Below, in pieces: positions 14,807 through 29,800 of a stretch of DNA of 64,000 nucleotides (within the stretch, counting starts at the first letter, position 1; each line of letters opens with the position of its first letter). Source of the DNA: Tubulanus polymorphus. Its lineage: Eukaryota; Animalia; Nemertea. Location: positions 22,362,299 through 22,426,298 of the forward strand of contig NC_134025.1 in assembly GCF_964204645.1 (NCBI RefSeq). The letters run 5' to 3'. Under the pieces are notes generated by a model that searched no databases, was not told the DNA's origin, and saw only the letters and a list, made by a program, of their open reading frames with translations. A program made the position numbers and the translations under genes.

Positions 14807-17800
14807 ATGGCGGATCGCGACGTCGAGGCATCCGAGCTGCCTTTAGAACTGCGCGCTAAACTGGCCGAGCTCGATTTAGAGCTTTCAGAAGGTTAGTGAC
14901 CCGAGAAAACGACTTCTAAAAGACAAAAACCCGTCAGTTCAATTCAATTCAAATCAATTAATCCCGAGCTGTCAAAATTTGTCAGCTCCCAGAAAGGACA
15001 CTAGTTGTACCATAGTAGCGCACACGATGAGGCAATTGGCTCTGTGGTGGTGGTTAGCAGAGTCTACTGTAGTATAGCTTGGTCCAAAAGATAGATTATG
15101 AATTTCTATCCTCTCTTTTCATAATTTTAACTTTAGAAGTGGATATTTTGCCGATGCGGTAGGCCTATTATTTTAGTAAATGCTATTTTGCATCTGTATA
15201 TTATAAGATATATCCTACTAATAGAAATAACAATTGAATTAATCTATTAGGCATAGGGTTAGGCTGGAGGGTCCGGAGATATAGGGTTAGGTTTAGTGTA
15301 GTTAAAATATTTGGTGGAATTCTCTGAGCCTCGGTTTGTCTAGTGGCTGCAGTCTTTGCAATATGTTGGCCCGGGTTTGAATATAGCTCTTTCCGCTCCA
15401 TTTTCTCAACTGTTTTTCGCACTTTCCTTGAATTTTCCAAGTCGGTGATCAGTGTAAATCAGCCTATCAGAATGAGTTCATGGCAAAATAGTCTTAAGCC
15501 TAATGCCGCGTGGGCAAAATATCACCTGCCTTTATTTATAAAATCGAATCCTAAAAATTCTTTATTTTCACAATGCTCAAAAAGAGGGACTTCGTTAGAT
15601 TTTTGCCAATAAATTCAGTAATTTATAGGCCCTATATGTAAATTACCATGGAAGTAGCGTAGTCAATACAGAAGCCATGTAGCCCAGGTAGTAAAGGTAA
15701 ATATTTCTGTCATTGCTTATTTTTAGCGATGTATGCCAAGGACAGCAAGGATGTCTTATGTAAGATATGATCATGTATATTTGGCTTGTGGTATTTTCTT
15801 TTTGATTCTCCTCCCAAGTTGACTACCGGTATATTGGTGCAATGTGCGATCTCGTATTTCAATGAAATATCGAATTCAACTATCATTGCTACATTGATTA
15901 CCATGAATGATTCATCTGACTTATCCAAAGAAAAGATTTTTTAGGTGGTTTGTTCTTAGACCTTCAGATAGGTTCTGACTAGGAATATATATGCCCGGAC
16001 CTTTGTTCGGGACATAGCTAGACTAATCCTAATCAGAGATTTGGACGTCTGAGACTGGTCACGTAGGCCCATAGTCGAAATATAGGCTTTGAGCGGCCCG
16101 GCAGACTTAAAATCTCCTTCAAAACCGGTCTTCGTACGTGCAGTCATCATTGCGCAACTGAGCCCTGGGCTTTTCGGTAATGGGAGTCACGCACTTAACA
16201 TAGAAAAAAAAACTAAATGAATATCGCAGCAATTACATTAAATTTCGTGGAACATTACCGGGTGATAGCGTACTGAAAGCATATTTTGGCCTATTAGTTG
16301 CCTTTTAACTCGGCTGATGTGAGGTACATTGCTTAAACAAAAGCCTTTCCCGGACGACGGGCGAATTAAATCCGTTTCGGAATCGACTTGATGTTGGCTT
16401 TGAATCAGAATTTCGCTAATTTTACGGTTAATTGCATAACGCTATTATTTCATAAACACGGAACACTGTAACATTCTCGCAGTACCCGTAGTATGACTGT
16501 GACCCGAATGCTAATATAGGTATTTACTCAGTGATTCCGATGACATTATTGTTATTATTAACAGGGCGAAGAATGCTTGAATTGAAACGAATCAGGAATT
16601 CAAAGTTCTTTTTTTATAGCCGGCGATGTATCTATCTGAACCCTAGATTAGAATTATCCTGAATATGTGCTATAGACGCTGTACAGGTCATATTTACTGT
16701 GTAGATACCAGGACCTGATTTTGCAATATAACAGGTGTGGTTCAACCTGCAAATCGGTGCATTATTATTTCAGATGCTATTATATGGTGGCAGCAGTTAT
16801 ATGATGGCGGTGGTATTGTCTATAGTCTAAGGGGGATTAATCCGATGACTGTTATGTCGAAAACATACTAAACAGAAATGCTAATAACATAACAACATCT
16901 GGGTATATATGTAGAGTCTATATTACTACTAGTTCATGACTAGATTGTCGAGATTTCAATTATAATGAAATGCCGACAGATACCGTGTCTCTCCCAATCA
17001 ATCTTTGTCTGTCTGTTTGGTTTATAGTTTACTTTCCGATATATGATATCCTTGAGGAATTTTCTATTCAATGACTCTGTACACCTATACACTACTCGAA
17101 GAATACCTCTTTGTCTCTCGTACTTTTCTTCTTTCGTGATAATAAACAATATGGCCTTCGGCGATTTTATTATTAGGTGTGTGTCGAGCTATTGCGATAT
17201 TCGTAATTGTCAAAGATGTTGAAACCATTTATACGTAATCGGGGTGGCCACTTACCTAGAAATCGGGGAAAAGTCAGGGAATTTTGCTTGCATTTAAAAA
17301 ATTCGGGGAATTTTGCAAAAAGGCTAAAAATCAGAGAAATATGTTGGGATTGCTGGATCGCGTGTATAATCGAATAGCTTCAATTTATGTCTTGCGTATT
17401 AGACTGTGTTAATTGATCTGATTCTAAGCAGATCTAGTCAGGCAGAACAACGTGCATGTCAAGGAATAGTCTGGGAAAAGAGCGGGTCGAATGTGTCCAT
17501 CCTGGTAATAATAGTTGCGTCGAAGAAGTCATCGTTTTTAACCGGGATCATCTCGACGAACCCTCGACGAGAGCGCTATCATTCTTGACAGGCTATTATA
17601 CGCATTCACGCGTCGCTGCAACGCAGTAGTGTGGACACTGCTGCATACACATTCGCAGATCTCGCTAGACTCCGTAGTCCTGAGTCGTGTCATCGTCGTC
17701 CTGTGTTTATTATATTAGGATACTCGTGCCTGGTACGAACCGCATCTGCCATTGCCGTCGCAGTCATCAGTCGTTGCATTGTATTTTATCGTAGATGCAG

Positions 17801-20800
17801 CAGCTATTTCATTGTGAACGCGCGCACACTCGCTCTGCATTCGTCAAAATTTATCGATCGGCGACGATCTCGACGTTGCCGCGGCTGTTGTTGTTGCTGA
17901 AAATAAAACATTTAAAACACACACCCATTCGGCTTCTTTGTTATATGTAACGTCGTGTCTTGCCGTCGTCTTAGTAGACTTTTCAACCACTCAGTCAATC
18001 TATACTTCATACAGTCTAAAATATGTTTGCATGTGTGTCGTATTTAGGCATTCTTGGCATTATTTTACCGATGTGAGAAACTGATTTATGAATGCGTTTG
18101 AAAAATTCCCCTGATCGAAAGTGATCTTCACACGCGATGAGAAGAGAGAAATAAGACGCCTAGAGAGAAATGAGAAGAAAAGTTTTACGTTCTCAGCCAA
18201 ATTACTATTAGGATGCAAGTCCAGGGGGTTGTTAATCAAAACTATAACTGACCCAGTAATTATAGAAATGAGCTGATTAGAAATTTCATCCCGGTTTACA
18301 AAATGACCTGGCCGATTAGGAGAAGCAAGGTATCATTGAATTTTAGCCTAATCGACAGCGTTTTTCTCAGTGACCGGGGCAATGAAGGAATGTAGGTAAA
18401 AATTCCCCCAGTAAATATCCCCCCGGTAAAAATCCCACACGGTAAATATCCCCCCGGTAAAATCCCCCAATTTTAGTTTTCTATCAAATTTAAGTGAAAA
18501 ACCTAAATGAAAACACTACTAGATAATACTTTTTACAATAATACTTAGTATATAGATAGGTACACAGATATTTTGCTATTACTTCTAAAGTTTTTCAACA
18601 TAAAAATATTGAAGTATTTTGTTGAATATTGCTGTGAAATCAAATTTGGGGGATTTTTACCTGTTACTGCAATGAAGGTATCTCGAAAATATGCACGAAA
18701 ACTGACGTACTCTAAAAAAAATCAGAAATATCTATGCATTCAGTATGAGGTGTCATGGGCCTAGTTGATCGCATTCATGTCGGGATTTATCCCCACTTAT
18801 TAGACCTATATCATTAATGATGATGATGATGATGAAATGTTATGGTCTACTGGAGTAATGATGATGTTCGGCTGTCTCGGGGTATCGTCTATCTACCACT
18901 ACTGCGACTATACCCAGTGATTGATTGAATATGAATATGAAATTGAAAGAATATCAGATTGACAAAATTTATCTTCCAGTCAAACTGCATTATTTATATA
19001 CATAGTGTATATACACGTATATAGATTTTTGGTGATGGTATGCACTATGAAATTTCATATGTGCATGCTTGCAGTAGAAGCCCCCTCCCCGTGAAATCTA
19101 ACCTTTATTCTATTCCTCCAGTAAAAAAAAAAAAAAAACACTAAATCCGCATCTTTTTTGAAATCGATGAAATTCATCCAGTTTTATATATGTCACCAAA
19201 GGGGGTTTGAGTGTATGGATGGACCCCGTTATCAGGGACGTCACTAGGATTGTCGGAATTAATACAAGTGGAACTATATGCCATATTTCACGCGCCGTAT
19301 CCACCTAGCACTGAAGGCAAACAAGCATTTCTAAATTCTTGAAATTGCCTGAATGTCCTTAGGGAGTCTTAGTTTTTGAAATTCGAAGCTTGAGAGGGGC
19401 GTTTTCTGGTACTGTAAAGACGAGATATTTATGAAATTTGCGGAATATGAAAAAAGAAACAAAATTTGGAGCCTAAAAGAATGCAGAATCCCTGAACCCC
19501 TCAGGTGACGCTCATGCTTATTGTAGTGATTTTGTAAGCGCCGAACCCTACAATACTTACTATCACTCTGACTTAGATGACAGGGAAACTGGAAATCACT
19601 CTCGATTTAACGAATTTACCTGGGAGGACCCTTAGGACTTTCTAACCTACAGTCCTCATTGATGCCTGTGACACCATAGTCACCAACACAGTACTAACTT
19701 CCACGCAAATTCGAACCCCCTATAAAAATTTTTAGTGACACCTGAGTTTATGAGTAAACTATAAGAAATTACTTGACGGCTTAAGATATATTCGAGATTG
19801 ATTAGATTGAAAAGCAGGGTTGTCCACGTATCGATTAGTGAATTGAAGTCGTATAGTTCGAGGGAAACGTGTCTCGCGTTGGGAGCGGTGATGATATTAT
19901 CGCTACGGCGGGGTTTAAAAATAGTTAACCGTTACAATACAATACGATGATTGCAATCTATTGTCGTTGTGGTTATACATTAATCCATTAGTGTTATTAG
20001 TTTTAATAGATTATATTTGATGTCGATGTTTTCGAAGAATCGGTGTTTGAAGAATCGGTCGCTACGGGGGTTGGTTATAAATTGAACGCTGTTTTATGAA
20101 ATGATGATGATGATGTATATATTATATAGGCTATATCCTGCGTGATATCTTCACCATTAAACAGTTAGTTCGTCGTTTTTTTTTTTCGCCATTTAACATT
20201 AGTCATAATATGTTCTGACTCGGAAGAAGTATTTACAGTCCTGATATGTGTTTTTTTTTCTTCATTTACTGATAATAAACTTTCGAGCGTCTTATATTTC
20301 TGAGTCAGCCTCTTCATGAGAATGGCGTCAGTCCAGTTTCGCTGATATGTGCTAGAACGCTGAAGTCATTGAATATTCACTTGAGACGTTTTAAAAAACT
20401 CATGAGACCAAAAATTGGTTTCGTTTTTTCGTTCCCAGGCTTCCGGGAGACCCTCATTCTTGTACTGTCATCTGTATGTATCTGTTTTTCAGTTACTCAG
20501 CTTCTTCCGTACAATGTTAGTGCAGGGGTCTTGTTGTGCTGTGCGAAGAATGGGCCCAATGCACCGCCTAGCAGCAGAACGAGGCACTAAAAACTGTCTT
20601 CCAGCAATATGACTTTGAAGATGACCTTATAACTCAGGAACGGGGTCGAAATTAACGTAGCAAATTAACTTTCATTTTTCTGGTGGCATTTTGCCCTGTG
20701 TTGCTAAGTTTCGTGGCATTTTTTTTCCAGTGGCATTTCTTCCAGTAGCATTTTCGCCCTTTACCACTGCCGACCCTCTATGCTGGGATTCAGTGTAAAC

Positions 20801-23800
20801 GTAATTCGAAATCCGTGTAAACTCCTAATCCCGATCTTAATCATCCGCCACCCCATGTATTACTTTGTCTGTTTTTGTTATGGAATATGATTTTCAATCC
20901 GTACTACTCGTGAACATAGATCAATTTCATCCCTCCCAATGATCCAGTATTTAGTGGGACTTAAGCGAAGTGTGTAGAAACTGATTAATCACTCGTATAG
21001 CTCTTATTCTGACACATATTAAGCCCCGTAACACACACCTCAGCTATGAATGAGACAGCTGTGTTGTTTCGGGGTTTTGATTAACGTTGAGTAATACCCG
21101 GTAATAGGGTGTAATGTTATTAGTCCTATATTTTCATCAATCCCACTGTTAATATGATAATGATTTTATTTTTTGAAGCGAATTCTCGATCGAAAGCTTC
21201 GGTTTATTATTATTATCTTCATTATCGAGTACCAGGTATACGGTGAACTACCAATCGGCCGGCTATTTTTAGCCCTGGACGAACGTAGGCGGCATGGGGA
21301 GAGAGAGCGAGAGAGATACCCTGGAATTCTTGATTCTTGTTCTTCGAGCATTTGTATCGGGGTTTGCGTTATACTGCGTTGTGTAGGCCACACGCTCTAG
21401 ATCCGGGAGTCTTCCCTCGAAACAACGCCGCGATAATCGGTGAAATACGTGCGCGATTAATTCCGCGGAAAAAGACGGAAAAAAAACTCGCTGATCGCCT
21501 CCGATCGGATAGTTCGATATTTGCGGTATTGTTTTTAGCTATAGATACTAAAATTCGAAGTTAGTACCGGCTATTTTTTATTGAGTTAATATGAATATCG
21601 GCGCTTCAGAAGCGTTCTCTCGAGAAACTCGTGTCATTTTTACTGTTGATACGTTGTGTTGTCTGCCTGGTAGATACGTTATCAATGGCAACTCGTGATA
21701 AGACGTAGCTACACGAGGGGAAAAACTTAGTACATTTACTTGTTTTGTGTGTGTATGTGTCTGTGAAGTTTTTAGGCTCATCAGATTTCTCTCGTGGGAT
21801 TATTGATATACGATGGATACCGATGATTCGGATTGGGAATACTGTTATTTCGCGGAAGAGCTCGGGGTTAAAAGTAAGTTCAGTCGTTACGGAGGCGCAC
21901 GGGGCGCAATCATTTCATTGTCCGTGCTTTTAGTATGGTGCCATGTCGGTTATCTTTATCTCAAAGAGAAACCAGGAAACACAGAAAAACTGATCGTATT
22001 TGATCTCGTAAATATCGTTTCTTATGAATGCTCGGAATCATCATCCTGTTTTTCCCGTTATCCTCCTGTTTCAATGTTTCCCTTTGTCACTTGCGTTAAG
22101 GTGTAAAAAGTAGCCTAATAATCCCTACAATAGGCTTTAACCCTTTCAGTGCGTCTACACCGCAGTGCGGTGTACAAATCAGTGATGGATTTTGCTAGTA
22201 CACCGCACTGCGGTGTATTGATTTAATTAGTAATTACTAATTATCTCTCTTGAAAGATGGCAGCACCTGTCAAACATAGTGAAATATTAGTAACTAACGA
22301 TACACTACACCGTGGTGTAGACGTGCATAGTGCTATTCCCGTTATTCAATACACTAGGGTGGAATTTTTCAGAATTTTCAAATTATCTTCAGCACTATAG
22401 GGTATTAATTAGCCAGCACTGAAAGGGTTAAACCATACGGTTACAGATCTTGGGATTAAAAGTCCTTGCGTAGGATTTTACTGCAAATCTTTGGACAATA
22501 AACGAACAATTGATCCAAACAAATTATACTTTTACTGCTCTAGGGTGTAAACTTGCAGTCTTACGAAATGTAGAAGTTAAAGCCCAGATGCTGTATGCAG
22601 TCCTGATGTTTCAGGTTAAATTCTACCCATCTTCGGAGAATTTGAAAGTTATGCACTTCCATTCAAATGATATTGAAATTATGTAATGGGTTTCTTCATA
22701 TAATTATGTTTTCTTTGCTGTTATTCTGCCATAGAGGGGCAAACAGTTTAAGGGGAGGGGTTTAAAGTCTATACCTAAAGCCTTTTTGCTCGGTAGAGCT
22801 AGGGGATAAAGTAAGGACTGTCCAAATAACAAGTTTCATGCTTGCGCCGTTGAAATTTGAGATTATATTTGCTTCGATGAGAAATGTTATTTGATCTTCG
22901 AGAGAATAATTCGCCATTAGATGCATCTTTGATGTTCAGGGTGACCTTTCTCGGAGAGATGCTGTTTTCGTGGAGAGCTCAGACTATCTGGATCCATCGT
23001 CCGCCAAATTTCTTTTTAACGACTATGTCTTGATATATGACGTGAGCAATTGAAGTTTAATGAATTTCTCGAGATCAATATTCCCCGCACGTGCGTCAGA
23101 GCAGCCGAGATTAATGATTATATTTTACCTCCCAAAGATCGTGTAAATAAAATGTGACCACATTGTCTGCTGGGTTTTTATGCCCGAACACATCTGATAG
23201 CGATGATGTTCTTAATAGATTTATTCTCGTGTTTTCATGTATTTTACGTCCTGCTCGGTTCGAACAGGAATGCTCTCTCCTCCCTCTCTCTGTCGATCAT
23301 CTGTTGCTTACGCAGGCCCGTTAGGATAGATCAGTAGAATCTTCGATCGGGCTGTGATCTTTTTCGCGTCCGTATCTCTTGCCTTCACCCTCGATGAGAA
23401 TTTCACCTTCATGTTCGCCGAGTTTCCAGAAAGCTTTTACCGCGAAAGGTATTTTGGTTCCAGGGACCGAAAACGGGCTGACGCCTTCAAAAGCGAGTTG
23501 TTTATCGTAAACCGAAACGATGGAGAAAAACTAATGGATTTTAATTCGCTTAGTCGATGTATAATTCCAGTCAGTTTTTAGTTAAAAGATATGTTTAGCG
23601 AGGGGTCATAATGCCTGTTTTCGAAACGCACAGAAAATTATGGTTGGAAGTAGTATTAATCTACCTGTTCTATAGTCTAAGTAAAGCAATGTGGAAATAT
23701 TGCTTCTTACGTGTCGAATGACTTGATGTTATGGTATAGAAATATCAATAAAGTAATCGAGGCGTTAAGAAATACTAAGTGGTTATTCTGTGAAGAAAGT

Positions 23801-26800
23801 GGCTTTTTTACAGGGTTTCACACCTTGCATTTATCTTCCTACGTTGATCGGTTCTCAGATAAAAATTAATCTCCTTCAAACCCCCCTGACTGACATAGAT
23901 AATATCTGCATTATACATACATGTAATAATGTAGTAGAGGTTCGAGGTATTACCCCTGCGTGTATATGCTTGTTCTGTACCCTCTGTACCCGGCAGCTGT
24001 AGCTTCATAAATCTCCCCTGCTGTACGGCCGCCACGGTACCGGTATCGGCGCGGCGCTGTGGGAAAATACCGCGCTCCGATACCCATGATTTGTCATTTA
24101 ACGGTATCGCGATGATTAATTTTTGTAAACCGTGATCGGCGTCTCGATATCCGCAAAATATCGATCATCGTTTTCATTATGGAACGTCGGAATCGTTTCA
24201 ATTTTCAATGATGTCTTGCTTTATGTATTTTATTAGGTGACATTACGCAGAAAGGCTATGAGAAAAAGAAAGCTCGTATATTGGCTCCCTATATGAAAAA
24301 TCAACCCAAAGGTAAATAATAAACACAAATGTTTTATCCAATAACGCTTATTTGTTCCAGTAATCCCTAGCTCAGCGAATTTATTTATCTTATTTTATTT
24401 ACATTCAGTTCTATCGAACTGCATTACAGGTGTTAGAAGGGTAACACAAAATATACAGATTTAATAACACGGTAGAAAAATTACAAATTCACGACAACAC
24501 AATGTACTTGTTTAAATCCGCAAACATAAGACAGAAACTTTATTTTCCTGACTAAGAAATGATAAGGAGGTCTAAAAAGATCATACATAAAGAATGCAGA
24601 ACACAAAATAGCAGAACACAAAATATACAAAATGCTACAAGCTTTAAAAAAATTGATACTTCAGTTTTCAGTATTATCCAAGTACTTGACTGAATACACC
24701 TTTATGGTGGTGGCATCTGGTGTTCGATTCATAAACTAATTCATGTAAACATGAAAAATAAAACCGCGCATTCTTCAAATTGATGTTGGAATTTAGTACA
24801 GTTCCCTTTACTTATTTTTTCGTTAAATTGGCCTAGTCGTAAGTGTTGCTACTAGCAACTGCTTGCAACTAGCAATCCTCGCTTGCCAGGGTAGGGTTGC
24901 CTCTTGCCGAAGCTAAAACCAACACACCCTGGCAGCACTTCCTTCGATGGTCTGTAACGTACTGTTATTCGCTGTGGCATGTGAGGAATCCTTATTGAAT
25001 TTGAAAAACGTGTTCATGAAATCAACATTTTCTGCTATCAATTCAAAAATTGAAAAAAGATTCTTCCGATTAAGTATATATTCATAAACACAGAATGTAT
25101 TATATTATTCATAATCTTGACTTTTCAGTAGAATTAATATAACGAAATCAACATTGCCTGCATCCAATTCAAAATTCGAAAAAAAATATTTATTTCATTT
25201 CATTTAAGTACAGATTCATAAACATAGAATCTTGACTTTTTAATGGCTCGTGTTTATAATTCCCTAGTATTTCTAATCTAAAAAAATTCAAATATTTAAA
25301 CAACATTTTAAGACGATGTTTTACCCGTCGTAAGCCCTTGTATATATTTACCGACATTTATCGTTTTCAGGCCAGAATGTGTCGAGTAAACCGAGCCCGC
25401 AAACAGCCGCTCAGCGTAGAGCTCAGCGAAGACTTACAAGGGAAGACAATAGATATCATTCAGGTAATTGATTATAATTTACGTTTTTAACTCACGAAAC
25501 CTAGGGGTCAGTTGCATAACATGGGTAAGTATATAGAAATGTAAACTGACGGGAACTCCGACTCCTTGATGTCACTGTTTGCCTTAGTGCGACGATGAAA
25601 TTCGGCAGCACTCTTACGGGTAGCAATTAACTATAGATTCTCGGTAATATTTTCGGTAAGTTTTAGGACTTAAACAAATCATGAAAAACACTAATTAAAA
25701 ATCGAGACTAGTAACCAGTCTAGAAAATCTATTATTTCTCACTGGCGGTGAGGGTGCAGAACAAAACACAAGATTACTGGCGGTCCCTTGTGGATTTTTG
25801 AAGAGTCGGCCTTCCTGTTCGCTTATAGTTCTATGGTAAATACTACCGTGTTACTTGTGGTGTCCACGTACTTGGTACACGTACTGGTACATAGGTTACA
25901 GCTGTAGGTTGGAAAACACTTTTAACTACGCATGTAAAGGCTAGCTTATGTTGGGCTGCCACGTGACAGATACCAACGCAATCAAGAAGAAATGTGATCC
26001 TAGCCCCGCTTATGTTGACTGTGCTTGATTTCTAGCAACTGGCTGGATATGATTTCCCGCCAGTTGGGTACCCTCCTATGTCGGCTACGATCACTGGCAA
26101 CTGAATCGACTTCGGATGATCATGTGACCAATAAAGATTGCGACATCGAACAAAGGAAAGAGCTAATGTCATAAGCAATTCAATCAGCGTTTAGTAAGGT
26201 TTCAATTGAAAACACAAAACAAACAAACTGAATTACATTTAGGAGTTGATCAATGCATTTCCAATAATTCAAGAAATCGCAATTTTCATCTCTCAGTCTA
26301 AGTTCTTATTTGTATTTCAATAAACAACTCATTGATATTCAATTGTATTTGCATCAGGATTCTCGTGTCTGCATTAGTAATTACTGTCAAATTTGTAGCA
26401 CCGCTAGCGGACATTGTCCTATGCGTATTTATGTGCATCTCTGATAGGCTGGAATCCTTGTGTGCAATTCCATTGCGTCATCGCTGAGCTCAGGTCAAAT
26501 GCCCTCGAACGCAATTGACAGGATAGGGTTGGCCAGAGTAGAACATTGGCAACTAGCAGGGATACGGCTTGCAATCAGTCGGTATGTTGGGTTACGTCAT
26601 TAGTTGGCTTTTCCCGGGCCGACATGACAGCAACTAGCGGCAGACCGTAGGTCGCTAGTTCTCCCTAGTTGTCGATGACCCCTCCCAGTTACGTCAGTAT
26701 CTGTCGTATGGTAGCCTGATATTCATTTCTCAGAATTTAATGCTAGGGTTCGTATCAAAAATGAATTCAGAACTCCTGCAATAGTCAACTTTTTATCAAA

Positions 26801-29800
26801 AAACACCTAGTTAATAATGTAAACAACCTTAGTAACTACTGGCCCCTGTATATCGAAAAATATCCTGAAAAGTTTTCCATCTACCCTATCTTAACTACTA
26901 CTATCGCAAGGATTTCTATGAGTATCGAAATCCGTCTTGGGGCACAAGATTTTAAGGATCTCTCTGATTATAGTTCTTCTATATACCACTAGATGGCCCT
27001 ACAATCGTGTACCGTAGTATTGAATGGTATTCAACATTTTTTCCAACATTAGAACTAAATGATACTTGCACGATCAAAACAAATGCGATTAGATTACTTT
27101 TTACGAGCTACAACCAAAAGTCGACTGCAATTTTTGTCCACCGGTCATTTACTGCTGATGAATTATGCCTAACCCCTTTAGAAATATCGCATATATGCTT
27201 GTAGTGTCCACTTATTTATATACACGGCTTTTTCGAGGTGGTGTAATAGTCAATACAATAAAAAAGAGATATGGAAAACTGCTTTTAAATCGTTAGAAAA
27301 TTGTATTATTCGAAACAACTAAGACTACAAAAAACACTCATGTTCTATGATACTTTTTTCGCCAATGTATTGTGTGCTTTATGCTATGTTTTGTGTTGAA
27401 AAAATAGTGTATATGCGGGTTTTCGGGCTTTCATACGAAGTCGAAGCCCATCGATAATATATCAACATACACCGCACTGTCTCTATATGTCAAACATGGC
27501 TTCTTAACATTATTCACCATAGATCGGGTTAAAGTTATGATATAAACACTTAATAACAGATCCCCGCGATATTGTAACAACGGATTTCAATAGCCGGCAT
27601 TGAACGTTCAGTATTTAGCTGAAGTAGCCGAGCACTTCAAAATTCTTTCAAACGTGTAATTGAAAAGTGTAATTGAAAAGTGTAATTCGCGATATATATA
27701 CCCAGGTTTGATGTAGAGAGCGTATGAATTATTGAAACTATAGCCAAATTACATAATCACGCTGTTTATACCACACAGGATGTATTAGAGTCCGGGATTA
27801 GGAAGTCGGGGCTATCATCGTATTATAGTTATTTGGCTGTCATGCGGGTTTAGCCGCGCAGCAGTAGGTCAAAGATCTGACTGTCTGATTTGTCGCACCC
27901 CAAACCAATCCTGATGAATGTGCCTTCCGCGAAAATGATTTGTCACAATTCAGCTAGCAGTGCGCAATGCGGTGGTGATTTTTTAAGCGGGTTAAGGCCA
28001 AGTGTTCATATTTTGTTGTTTTTCTCAGAATGGTCCGCGCGTTATAATTTCTAGATCGTGAAGAAATAAGGGTTTTCGCGATGGATTCGGAAAGTCTTCT
28101 AGGGAATGGCCGATGGTCAGCCTTTTCATCTACTCCTGAGAAGAAATGCATAATAGTAGAATTAGCCACACTCTTGATGTGTAGAAAAGAACCCACTAAA
28201 TACAAAATTTTAAAGATTGAAAATGAAATTTATTACTCAAAAATAAAAAATGAAAGATACAACATTTCAGATTCTCTGTAGAGCCCATTGAAACGTGGTG
28301 TTTTCTATTTTTAGTTGTAAATTTCGCTGTTAATCTTTTATATTTTGTATTTAGCGGGTTTTAAACTGATTAAGAAATAATGCATAGATAGCATTTCATT
28401 CATTCATTCGAACAATGAACGTTCTAAGAATTAGAAAGGTCTGGCCTCGCGAGGGATAATGTGTAGGTGTCTATGTACTACTACTGCTATGAATATCCAC
28501 TTGAACTTCACTATAACTCATAGAGTGATGCTTGAATTCCATTTTAAATGCGATCATCATGTACTGTGATGTCTTTCACATACTATGCACTCCTGGCCCT
28601 GATGATCATCCCAGGCATTTCCCATATCCCTTCACAACCCGTGCAGTTAGTTACAAGTTTGTTTTGATTGTTAAGTAGTCATAATAACAATTTTTTCATT
28701 ATCGGTAATCTCTCGAAGTGTCAACAATCTACCAGTTTTAATTTCGCTCTCAGGAATCTGGAGTGTGGAATTTTTCGCTCCCAGTAAATATTTGTTTATT
28801 AATGCCTTGAACTCTTGACCTGGATAATTGAATACGCATTTTCGCCCCGTAATGAGTCCATCACGCCCCTGCTCCATCATGTCTGAGCAAGTTCCAGTCA
28901 GTCAGTGATAGGGGTCACACATGTGTAAAGCAGGCTTTCAGTTGTTGCACAAATCCTCGATGATGATCATTGGTAACAGATCGGGTTGTTCTGTTACCAA
29001 GTCAGCTTGAATCCCGTGTGTTCAGTCAGTAGAAGAAAAGATCGGGTCTCCGACGCGCGTTTGCGAGGAGCCCTTTTCACATTCTAAAGCGCAACAATCG
29101 CGCGTGAAGATAAATGGGACTTTATTATGAACGGAAAATAGCCGCGTTCGAATTGTTGTCTGGCAGTTTTAGTTGTCGTCGTCGTCGCTGACAAGACGTG
29201 TGGATTTGATACGCGAGCTGCCCGGATTTGACATATTTGCCCGTTCCAATTTCGATCGGATCTAATCTCTACCCGTCTCGTGGATATATGTATATATATG
29301 TATATGTGTGTGTAATCGCTATCTATCTTTGGACGGACGACATGTTTGAGCAATGATTATTTAACAACAACATTGTCTTTATATCGCTCCCCGATTGTCG
29401 ACCAGCTTGCGCAACTGCCTATACGGATATATTTATCGGGCGCCATAGTTTTAAACGCTAGCCAGTACGAGCGGAATGATTTCGCAGTTTGTCAGTTGAC
29501 GTCGTCGCTGCTGGGTTAAATTGATTTCAGCGCTGCTACATGACCCGACGGTGTATGTGTCGTCGACGAGACGAGTGTAGCTTTTACGGATAATTTTGTG
29601 CACATAGTCATAGAATTAAAATTCTTTGCACTGCCGTGATAGGCAACTATACATGCTATTATATATCCGCATATATGAATCTGGTTCAGCGTGTTCAGCG
29701 CTCTCCCGGGTGTTTTGCGGTATTTAGACAGTTGTTCACTTTTATGGATGAATTGTAAATATTTCCGGGCAATCCGCGCGACCGATGATGGTAATTCGAG

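Noticed and set aside
18394-18470. Short regularly spaced repeats considered as a CRISPR-like array
   Set aside because: The units abut without unique spacers, the context is eukaryotic, and the pattern fits transposon subterminal repeats.
27911-27940. CTGATGA...GAAA resembling a hammerhead core
   Set aside because: No credible stem I or III and no cleavage triplet.
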